Assembly (NCBI GenBank): GCA_024276825.1
Contig: JAJRWI010000057.1
Coordinates: forward strand, 1 to 12,947
Length of the DNA: 12,947 bases
Source of the DNA: an archaeon
GTDB taxonomy: Archaea > Asgardarchaeota > Thorarchaeia > Thorarchaeales > Thorarchaeaceae
Reading direction: 5' to 3'
Shown: in pieces, positions 1 through 7,294 of the stretch
Layout of the letters: every line of letters starts with the position of its first letter
Numbering within the stretch: position 1 is the stretch's first letter
Program-made: the position numbers and the translations under genes
Notes under the pieces: generated by a model
What the model saw: the letters and a program-made list of their open reading frames with translations, nothing else
Databases searched by the model: none
Told to the model about the DNA's origin: nothing

Positions 1-243
1 ACAAGTAAGTACCCCCTATATCTGTTGAGGATAATGGGGGTTATTTGCGAAAGGAAATATTGATCAGAGTGTATAACTTAGAAAGTGGGTAGGACCCACA
101 TTTTGAATTCGGTTCAGATGCCAAATGAATTTGAGAAAGTTCATAAAATGTATAGTCTATTTAAGAATTATCATATAAATAATATAAAAATCATAAATAA
201 TATTAATATAAATGCCGAAAAAATATAATAATTACAATATTAG

Positions 244-398
244 GTGGTCTAAAAATCGTCAATAATAATTAAATATGGACAGAAGATATTCCAACTGAAT
301 GATATATTAATTAATAAAAAGATTATAACATTATAAATATATAATTTGTTCAATAAATAAGAGTGAAAGGATAAATAATTTATTGGCATTTAGACCAC
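244..398. repeat. 10-bp perfect inverted repeat flanking a 135-bp very AT-rich spacer
   Basis: GTGGTCTAAA at 244-253 and its reverse complement TTTAGACCAC at 389-398. Confidence 0.55.
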
Positions 399-427
399 AT
401 TAAATATGACTCAGTTTGGTGATTTCG

Positions 428-826
428 ATGTCAGAAACAAACGATTCCGGTTGTGAACAATGTATCGGTAGTATACTTTTGTTATTGGCAATTTTATTAA
501 TATTCGTTTCATTAGATGAGGGAGGTAATTATCTTTCTCCAATACTTGGTATTGAACATACTGATTCCATATACATTATGTTTATGGGATTTTCGACATT
601 GATGCAGGGACTTGTATTCATGAATAGACAAGATAATTGGTTCATTGAGAGTATAGTAAGTATTATCATGGGAATAACTTATTGCACTCCAATGATATTG
701 GGATTAGGTGGTTTGCGTGTTGCTATAATTGGTTCTATCTTTTTAATATATGGGATCTACGTTCTAGTGAAGGGTTTAAAGCAACGAGTATCAAAACCAG
801 TTATAGACATACAAAGTCTTCAATAA
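428..826 (+). CDS. Hypothetical small membrane protein (about 4 TM helices) with N-terminal CxxC
   Basis: Four hydrophobic stretches (IGSILLLLAILLIFVSL; IYIMFMGFSTLMQGLVF; SIVSIIMGITYCTPMILGL; VAIIGSIFLIYGIYVLV). ATG at 428 lies 5 nt after GGTGA (418-422), so it is preferred over the track's TTG at 416. CEQC precedes TM1. Confidence 0.75.
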   Translation: MSETNDSGCEQCIGSILLLLAILLIFVSLDEGGNYLSPILGIEHTDSIYIMFMGFSTLMQGLVFMNRQDNWFIESIVSIIMGITYCTPMILGLGGLRVAIIGSIFLIYGIYVLVKGLKQRVSKPVIDIQSLQ

Positions 827-931
827 CAATAAACTAGCATAAGTACTGAATACCAATTCATAAATTGCATATTTAGCGGGTCAAATGATTCAGCACCTAA
901 TACTCATCATATTTGTAATTTATGATCCTCG

Positions 932-1930
932 TCAGGTCAGGAATAATGGTTTCCAATCCAAAATAATAAGACCTTTTGAATCCGGAATCAGTTTTAGAAA
1001 TTCATTGGTCAATATTTTGACTCTTTCGGAATTTATGTTTCCTGTTACTTCACCAAAGTACAATGGGGGATCATCTGGAAGCATTTTTTGTCTAAACGCC
1101 TCAAGTGTCAAGTAAAGAGTCATAGGGCCCCAAAGCTTAGGAATTCGAGATATTTTTTCCGACTCTATTGCATAATCTTTATTATATCGTACAACTTCTC
1201 CGAGTAATGCAATTGCCCTTGCAAGCATTACACCATCAGGCATCCAAATTTTAACTGAATACGAACGACCCGTTTTTGGATGTGGGACTCTTATTTTTGT
1301 AGTGTTTTTAGAATTAGCACAAGTATGAACAATGATCCAGGACTTACTGCCAACTGGAGTTGAAATTATAAACTTCCATGAAGTAATTAAATATTTACTA
1401 GTCATTGTTTTGTACACGAATTCTCTGCAAAGCAGGTTGAACATTTTAATGAGCCTTGATTTTTTTTGATTCTCGACTTCTAATTTTAATGACGATAAAA
1501 GAGGATTGTAATGATGAGCAGATGGTTTTTCACCGACATTAGGAAGTGCTGCGAGTCTTTTATGTTTATCAAATAAAAAATATCCTCGTGGAATTGTGTA
1601 ATCAACAATTGTTCCTACATCAATGCCCGCGAAGACGATCGTTTTTTCATCAGGAGCATGTATGTTGTAAGTTGCATATATGCAATTCTTAACGCCTTTT
1701 AATTTAAATCGCTGATGTACCTGGATATTGATTCCATTAGTTGGCTGTTTTGTTTCTGGAATAATTGACAAAGTCGGAGTCCATTTAAATTCCTCTTTGT
1801 TTTCTTCCCATTTAACTTCATAGACAGGATTTTCCTCATAGTATTGGGATAGATACTTTCTAGTCACAGCATCTACGACTTTACATAATTCAATCTCGCG
1901 CTCATTGAGAGATATTTGGTTATTCGGCAT
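932..1930 (-). CDS. Hypothetical protein, 332 aa (possible degenerate PD-(D/E)XK-like fold)
   Basis: Long open frame. Start reassigned to ATG at 1930 (MPNNQ...) because it overlaps the upstream stop as TAATG and is preceded by GGAGG. No family confidently recognised. Confidence 0.75.
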   Translation of the reverse strand: MPNNQISLNEREIELCKVVDAVTRKYLSQYYEENPVYEVKWEENKEEFKWTPTLSIIPETKQPTNGINIQVHQRFKLKGVKNCIYATYNIHAPDEKTIVFAGIDVGTIVDYTIPRGYFLFDKHKRLAALPNVGEKPSAHHYNPLLSSLKLEVENQKKSRLIKMFNLLCREFVYKTMTSKYLITSWKFIISTPVGSKSWIIVHTCANSKNTTKIRVPHPKTGRSYSVKIWMPDGVMLARAIALLGEVVRYNKDYAIESEKISRIPKLWGPMTLYLTLEAFRQKMLPDDPPLYFGEVTGNINSERVKILTNEFLKLIPDSKGLIILDWKPLFLT

Positions 1931-2283
1931 TAAATATTTCCTCCATTTAAAGAACAAATAGGACATTCAAGTGAATGTACTACATATGCTCGTTGACAAG
2001 TTTCACAAAACAAGGGTACTAGAATATCACTTCTGATCTCGGTTGATGCCAACGGATTCTTAATAGGGCTGTAAACAAGAAATCTTTGCTTGCACTTTTT
2101 ACATTTGACAACAATTCCAGCTGAGATTACTGATTCTTCCCAATGGCTGTCATCAATAATTTTCAGTAAAACATGCCATTCCTTTGCCCCGCGCACATCA
2201 TCAATTTTTCCAAAAGTTGTTTCTGAGTGGCGAATGTCTATTTTATTTTTTTCACAGATTGGACATCTAATTTTTGGGGACAT
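1930..2283 (-). CDS. Double zinc-ribbon protein, 117 aa
   Basis: Four CxxC motifs (CPIC, CKKC, CETC, CPIC). AGAGG upstream of the ATG. Stop overlaps the start of the next gene. Confidence 0.8.
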   Translation of the reverse strand: MSPKIRCPICEKNKIDIRHSETTFGKIDDVRGAKEWHVLLKIIDDSHWEESVISAGIVVKCKKCKQRFLVYSPIKNPLASTEIRSDILVPLFCETCQRAYVVHSLECPICSLNGGNI

Positions 2284-2707
2284 GATGTTTCCTCTAAGTC
2301 GATTTTTTTATTAAAGCCGGATAAATAAATTTTCAGATTATTGATTTATAAACTCATTAATATACTATTCTTGATAGCGCTTGAAAATTCATGATAAAAC
2401 CCACAAATCGCTGCAGAGTTTACTTTATCTATTAATGGGATTTTCAAAAAAATCAAAATTAATATAGTGAGCCTAGATTGTAATTTTTATCTTCTTGAAA
2501 TAAGAGTGGTTATGCAGACAGGGCTGGGCGTAGATGCGTAGAACTTTGAAAATCTTGGACACTGCAAAAAAAGGAGCTTAATCAGATTGATTGAAGACTC
2601 GGTTACGAGAAATATTTCAGTGCTGTTTCTATAAAAGCAAATTTGCAGCTATAAGCTCTTTGGACTCCTCATGAAGTCTATACTCAAGGTGTTTTGGTCA
2701 AGAAACT

Positions 2708-2744
2708 AACATGTCATGTTGGCTAAATATTACACAGTGTAATA
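2708..2744. promoter_or_regulatory. Two palindromic candidate operator sites upstream of the receiver genes
   Basis: AACATG-T-CATGTT (2708-2720) and TATTACAC-A-GTGTAATA (2728-2744) are perfect dyads with 1-nt spacers, centres 22 bp apart. Function is inferred. Confidence 0.45.
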
Positions 2745-2856
2745 ATGTAGAAGTACACTAATGCGTTTAATGGATGCATCAAATACTATTATTAAGTAGC
2801 ATTAATAAGCATGAATGTAAGAATAACAGTAAAAATTGATTTGGGTTGGTAATTTC

Positions 2857-3219
2857 ATGGTGAAAATCTTCATCATAGACGACGAGGTGGTCTTACATAA
2901 ACTGTACAAGGATGTCTTTGCCATTAAAGGCCATGAAGTCATTGCAGATGCCTATGATGGAGAAGAAGCCATCAAAGTATTTTCCAAGCTCAACCCAAAA
3001 CCCGATGTAATAATTCTCGATCATCGAATGCCAAACAAAGATGGACTGACTTGCATGAAAGAGATTCTTGAGATTGATCCTAATGCAAAGATTGTATTCA
3101 TTAGTGCTGATGCGAATGTGAGGGAGCAGGCTATAAAAAATGGTGCGATAAGTTTTGGCTTGAAGCCAGTTACCATAAGACACATTCTCGAGCTTGTAGA
3201 AAACGCAGCAAGCAGTTGA
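2857..3219 (+). CDS. Single-domain response regulator (CheY-like receiver)
   Basis: All canonical motifs present: KIFIIDDE acidic pair, IILDHRMP phosphoacceptor Asp, FISA Ser, LKPV Lys-Pro. ATG at 2857 (MVKIF) fits the domain start better than TTG 2836. Confidence 0.95.
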   Translation: MVKIFIIDDEVVLHKLYKDVFAIKGHEVIADAYDGEEAIKVFSKLNPKPDVIILDHRMPNKDGLTCMKEILEIDPNAKIVFISADANVREQAIKNGAISFGLKPVTIRHILELVENAASS

Positions 3220-3285
3220 TTAATATCTCTATTTGCATTTAAGAATAGGGGGATTAATATTAGGCGAAATAATGAGAATATTCGG

Positions 3286-3639
3286 GTGCTAATTGCTGGC
3301 GATATTCCATTCCTAATATTACTGCTAAAAATGTCGATTGAGGATGCAGAATTCAATGTCATAGCCAGTGCTGCATCACCAGAGGAAATGCTGATTAAAT
3401 GCAGAGAAACCGATCCCGATGTTGTCATTTTCGACTTTCAACTTTCAGAGAGGAAATGTGTAAGACTGGTTGAAGACATTCTTGATATAGATCCTGGTAT
3501 TGCAATAATAGTGATTACTGATCCCATTAATGGATACGATGAGAAACTTCTGGTTTCGGGAGCAAGAGCATTTCTTCAAAAGCCATTTAGCACATACGAT
3601 ATTATGGACCTTTTGACCAAAGTAAGTCCTCTAAAATAG
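3286..3639 (+). CDS. Atypical single-domain response regulator receiver
   Basis: (IRV)LIAGD, PDVVIFD phosphoacceptor position, VITD, GARAFLQKPF. First acidic-pocket Asp replaced by Gly. Start uncertain: the frame is open upstream of GTG 3286 back to the TGA at 3217-3219. Confidence 0.88.
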   Translation: MLIAGDIPFLILLLKMSIEDAEFNVIASAASPEEMLIKCRETDPDVVIFDFQLSERKCVRLVEDILDIDPGIAIIVITDPINGYDEKLLVSGARAFLQKPFSTYDIMDLLTKVSPLK

Positions 3640-3739
3640 AATCTGCGGATAGACCTACTAGAATCCTTTTCATCTAATAGTTTATCTTGGCTATGAACTA
3701 GAAAAGTAGATATTTGACTTCGTAGGGGATACCTTTGAA

Positions 3740-5323
3740 TTGATAAATAGTCCAATTATTCCCGAGTTCATGACATACTATGATGGTCTAACGGCAGAAG
3801 AGATAGAAGAGCTCAATCTCCGCATTGCTGCCTTTAGCAAGACAACCAGAGATAGATTTAGAGCCTTCACTGATCTTTTGTTGGACTATATCGGGACAGA
3901 TGAGTGGAAAAACAAGAGCCATGCATTTTTGAGCATGTGTGCAAAAGCCGCATTCCTTAGGGGACAATATGGATTCAATCAGATTCTTGCAAAGGAGTGC
4001 AATAACATCGCATGCAAGGCGTACGCAGCAGCATCATATTGTCGTCAGAGTTTAAATCCACGTTGGATCAATAATCTCAGAAATTATGTAATGCAAGCCT
4101 GGCAGGAAAAGGACTATGTCAACTTTGCTGAGTTATCAGGACAACTTGCTTCTATTCTCATCGACTTGGGTTTTGCTACTCATGCAAAAGAAGTTGCTGA
4201 AGAGAGCATTGAGAAAGTGACTGAAGCAACTGTGAAGAATGAAAAGATTCGTAATAAGGTTCAAGCCGCTCTTCTCGGGCCGAGAATCATTCTTGCCTAT
4301 ATCTCATTAGTGCAAAAATCAAGAGAAGAGGCCTTAATCCGATTGAACTCCGCTGAAAAGAGTGCACTACATCTGGATAATCAATTAGCCATGGTAGACA
4401 TTAATTATTATCGAGCAAGAGCTCTACGTATAACAAATGAATATGATGAGGCCATCGAGATTCTGAGAACCACCTTGAGTAAAGCTGAAGCAATGGGATA
4501 TTTACAGGGTGTAATGCGTTCATTAAACTTGTGGGGCGTTATTAATCTAGGAAGGGGACTTCTTCATGAGGCTCGCGATCAGTTTGAGGAACTACTTGTC
4601 ATCCAGCAACAGCTAAACAACCAGATAGGCCTTGCCAATACCTTAATCAATGTTGGTGAAATTGACAGACTATTAGGGCAACTTGAGCAAATGGAAACTT
4701 ACAATAAGAAAGCCCTTGAGATCAGTCAAGAGGCAGAATATGTAAAGGGGATTGCTATCGCCAAAATAAATCTTGGCGACATAGAAGTCAGAAGGGGCAA
4801 CCCTGATTATGCAATCAGTCTCTATGATGAAGTTGTGGAGCTTGTAAGTAGTTCAGGAATGAAAGAATTCCTTGATCATGTCTTACTCTTATCGGGAGAT
4901 GCATATTTCATAAGTGGAAATCCAATGGAAGCAATAGTCAGATACAATCAAGCAAGAACGGTTTCTGAGGAGATAGATGATGCATTAAAGTGCGTTTATG
5001 CAGATGTCAGCAAGTTTGTCACTTATCAATACATGGATGAAGCCCCTCCTGCCAATCTTGTAGAGCATGTCAAAGACCTAATGGGCGATTTGGATAGATG
5101 GGAGCAGGCATGCAATCCAAGTCTTATGCGTGAAGTTAGGTGTCATGTTTTCAATGATGATTCAATCCAAGGTGACCTGTGCATCTTTTTCAACAATGAG
5201 CTGAATTTTGAATGTAGAGTTGATAGGACTAGCATGGACAAGGAGTGTTTTGGAAACATCATGTGGAGTGGTTCACTATGTACCTATTTAATCGATTTTA
5301 TTAATAAGCTAAAGAAATTGTGA
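3740..5323 (+). CDS. Tetratricopeptide-repeat protein (about 40-aa MalT/TPR_12-like repeats) with Cys-rich C-terminal domain
   Basis: Repeats such as GVMRSLNLWGVINLGRG..EARDQFEELL, GLANTLINVGEIDRLLG..EQMETYNKKAL and GIAIAKINLGDIEVRRG..DYAISLYDEVV. TTG start follows GGGGA; alternative ATG at 3770. Confidence 0.9.
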   Translation: MINSPIIPEFMTYYDGLTAEEIEELNLRIAAFSKTTRDRFRAFTDLLLDYIGTDEWKNKSHAFLSMCAKAAFLRGQYGFNQILAKECNNIACKAYAAASYCRQSLNPRWINNLRNYVMQAWQEKDYVNFAELSGQLASILIDLGFATHAKEVAEESIEKVTEATVKNEKIRNKVQAALLGPRIILAYISLVQKSREEALIRLNSAEKSALHLDNQLAMVDINYYRARALRITNEYDEAIEILRTTLSKAEAMGYLQGVMRSLNLWGVINLGRGLLHEARDQFEELLVIQQQLNNQIGLANTLINVGEIDRLLGQLEQMETYNKKALEISQEAEYVKGIAIAKINLGDIEVRRGNPDYAISLYDEVVELVSSSGMKEFLDHVLLLSGDAYFISGNPMEAIVRYNQARTVSEEIDDALKCVYADVSKFVTYQYMDEAPPANLVEHVKDLMGDLDRWEQACNPSLMREVRCHVFNDDSIQGDLCIFFNNELNFECRVDRTSMDKECFGNIMWSGSLCTYLIDFINKLKKL

Positions 5324-5360
5324 TATTACTGATTTCTTAATCAACAAACGGTGACATATT

Positions 5361-5882
5361 ATGCTTCTGCAAGGCGATAATGTAAGGTTAGTTCCCATTG
5401 AAAAAAGACATCTCGATGATGTAATGAAGGGGTGGAACAACCCTGAAATGCGAAGATTCCTCTCTCCATTCATCCCATTTAGTCGAGAGATTGAGATTCA
5501 GTGGATTGAAAATGCAATTGAAGATATGAAAGAACTAAAAGCCTTGACCTTTGTAATTGAAAAAAATGACGGCAGATTCCTTGGCACTTGTGGGACAATG
5601 TCTATTGATTGGATCTCCAGAAGCACAGAGATTGGAATCTCAATACATTCGCCTGAGAACTGGGGCAAAGGCTATGGGACCGAAGCATTGAAACTCTTGA
5701 TTGAGTATTTATGGGAAACCATTAATCTAGAGAGAATTGAGCTTTGTGTCTACGCATTCAACGAAAGAGCCATTGCTGTTTACAAGAAGCTTGGCTTTGT
5801 TGAGTGGGGCAGAGCTCATAAGAAAAGATATGTAGAAGGCAAGTATGAAGACCTTGTTTATATGGAACTATTCAGGCATTGA
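5361..5882 (+). CDS. GNAT family N-acetyltransferase, RimJ/RimL type
   Basis: Acetyl-CoA motif WGKGYGTEAL and C-terminal NERAIAVYKKLGFVEWG. GGTGA RBS upstream of the ATG. Confidence 0.95.
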   Translation: MLLQGDNVRLVPIEKRHLDDVMKGWNNPEMRRFLSPFIPFSREIEIQWIENAIEDMKELKALTFVIEKNDGRFLGTCGTMSIDWISRSTEIGISIHSPENWGKGYGTEALKLLIEYLWETINLERIELCVYAFNERAIAVYKKLGFVEWGRAHKKRYVEGKYEDLVYMELFRH

Positions 5883-5883
5883 A

Positions 5884-6591
5884 TTACTCAAATTCAATCT
5901 CAATTTCGGAATCCGATCTATTCTTAGATGCCCTCGTTCTTGTTTTACGTTTGGGCGTTTCAGCCATTAGTTTGCTAAAGATATCCACGACCTCGGCAAT
6001 TATGTCTGAGCCCATGAAATCCCCACTTTCATGTGAAACTGGATTGATAATCATTCGAATCCTCTGACAAGTTTCACGGTCCCAATTGCATTGTTCCATG
6101 ATGGACTCGATTTTTTGGATAATCTGACCTCTGAGATTTGCATACTGCACGCGCTCTTCATCTATCTCTTGCAGCTTTTTGTTTACTTTCCCAAGTTCTT
6201 TCAGTAGTACCTTGACTGCCCGTACATCCGGTTGTGCCTCAGGGATTCTAAAGCCAGGTGGAACAGTAAGCCTTCTTGATTGCCGGACTTCAGTTTTCCG
6301 AACCACAAATACATTTGGAAGGATTGTTGTTGAGAGGCCAAAGCTCACATTGAGTCGATAATAACTTCTATCAGGTCCAATATCGCTACTTCTCTGCTCT
6401 CTCTCGACAAGTCCAGCTTCCTGCAAGATCATTAGATGTTTCAATATGGCTCTTCCAGTTAGTCCAAGTATCTTGCTGAGTTCATATGGATATCTTGGTC
6501 GTTGAGCTAGAAGCTGCAGGATACGACGTCGAGTCAGGTTTCCCAACGCTTTGAAGACCTTGTCTAGATGATCTGTACTGTCAGATGCCAT
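5884..6591 (-). CDS. ArsR-family winged-HTH transcriptional regulator with C-terminal coiled coil (archaeal COG1777-like)
   Basis: VFKALGNLTRRRILQLL..RPRYPYELSKILGLT..AILKHL..LQEAGLV...GPDRSYYRL, then heptad segment LLKELGKVNKKLQEIDEER. GGTGGTGA RBS upstream. Confidence 0.92.
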   Translation of the reverse strand: MASDSTDHLDKVFKALGNLTRRRILQLLAQRPRYPYELSKILGLTGRAILKHLMILQEAGLVEREQRSSDIGPDRSYYRLNVSFGLSTTILPNVFVVRKTEVRQSRRLTVPPGFRIPEAQPDVRAVKVLLKELGKVNKKLQEIDEERVQYANLRGQIIQKIESIMEQCNWDRETCQRIRMIINPVSHESGDFMGSDIIAEVVDIFSKLMAETPKRKTRTRASKNRSDSEIEIEFE

Positions 6592-6719
6592 ATTATCACC
6601 ACCCTGCTAGTTGACCTTTTGAACCCCTTATCTGAAGTTGGCATTTATGATTGATTTTACTATAATACCGTCTAGTCTATAGATACTAGGGACCTTATGG
6701 TATTAAAGCTTTAGGCATG

Positions 6720-6730
6720 AAACAAAAACA
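6720..6730 (-). terminator. Possible archaeal oligo-U terminator after the GTPase gene
   Basis: Minus strand reads TGA-TGTTTTTGTTT immediately after the GTPase stop codon. Confidence 0.35.
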
Positions 6731-7252
6731 TCACTGGTTGGACAATATCTCCTCGGCGATTATTTGAAAGGCGTCTGTGACATTCTGATTGTTCTTTACA
6801 GAGGTTTCTAAATGCTTTGCACCAAGATCGGTTGCAAATGCTATCCCCTCTAGTTCTGTTACTTCTCGTTCATCTTCAAGATCAATCTTGTTTGCAAGAA
6901 CAATGCTATAATAGTTCTTAATATGCAGGTCTACTTCTTTCTTCCATTTGGCAAGGTCTCTTAAAGTGTCTCTACGAGTCACATCATACATGAAAATGAC
7001 ACCTTTTGCCCCCTGATAGAAACCCGCCCTCACATGTCCAAGAAAGTCTTGAGACCCCATGTCCCAGATCTGAAGCTTTACCTTGTCTCCTTTCACATTT
7101 AATTGCTTTATAGAAAAATCAGTTCCGAGTGTGGGCGTGTATTGTTCTCTGAAATGACCAGTGACATATCGTAGAATTATGGAGGTCTTTCCAACTGCCG
7201 ATGAACCAACGGTTACGATTTTAAATAGATAGGAGGGGGACAATTCATTCAC
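6731..7252 (-). CDS. Rab-like small GTPase (Ras superfamily)
   Basis: G1 GSSAVGKT, G2 PTLGTDF, G3 WDMGSQ, G4 NKID, G5 ETSVK. RabF-like motifs LGTDF, KLQIW, FYQGA, FMYDVT. No C-terminal hypervariable tail or Cys prenylation motif. GTG start. Confidence 0.96.
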   Translation of the reverse strand: MNELSPSYLFKIVTVGSSAVGKTSIILRYVTGHFREQYTPTLGTDFSIKQLNVKGDKVKLQIWDMGSQDFLGHVRAGFYQGAKGVIFMYDVTRRDTLRDLAKWKKEVDLHIKNYYSIVLANKIDLEDEREVTELEGIAFATDLGAKHLETSVKNNQNVTDAFQIIAEEILSNQ

Positions 7253-7294
7253 CTACTTTATGGGTCTTCAATAATTCTAGTTACAAAGCTAGTA

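Noticed and set aside
175-203. Direct repeat ATAAATAATAT (175-185, 193-203)
   Set aside because: Low-complexity A/T sequence expected by chance here. There is no repeat-spacer periodicity, so it is not CRISPR.
160-400. Chromosomal replication origin (ORB boxes with unwinding element)
   Set aside because: Only a weak TTCCAACTGAA resemblance, no repeated ORB or G-string elements, and no orc1/cdc6 gene in the window.
1610-1642. IVFAGIDVGT in the 332-aa protein resembles a RuvC-I/RNase H motif (TnpB, IS110) or an actin/Hsp70-type phosphate motif
   Set aside because: No matching RuvC-II/III acidic motifs, no TnpB zinc finger in the same chain, and no other ASKHA motifs. A 5-residue match is insufficient.
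885-2314. Track ORFs 885-1115(+) and 2090-2314(+)
   Set aside because: Antisense shadows of the better-supported minus-strand pair, with no motifs or RBS.
2515-2600. GC-richer patch with GCGTAGA tandem, considered as a tRNA fragment or att site
   Set aside because: No cloverleaf, no TTCGA T-loop and no partner repeat in the window.
2857-3219. Naming the receiver cheY and the GTPase as a specific Rab
   Set aside because: No chemotaxis genes in the window, and Asgard Rab-like GTPases cannot be assigned to eukaryotic Rab subfamilies by eye.
2893-3428. Track ORFs 2893-3183(-) and 3021-3428(-)
   Set aside because: Antisense to clear receiver-domain genes.
3217-3740. Selenocysteine recoding of the in-frame TGA between the receivers
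   Set aside because: The TGA is at the natural end of the receiver domain, not a Cys-equivalent site. The only AUGA...AA...GA candidate downstream (~3693-3717) has too short a stem for a SECIS.
5879-6361. Track ORFs 5879-6067(+) and 6179-6361(+)
   Set aside because: Antisense to the ArsR gene, with Ser-rich shadow composition.
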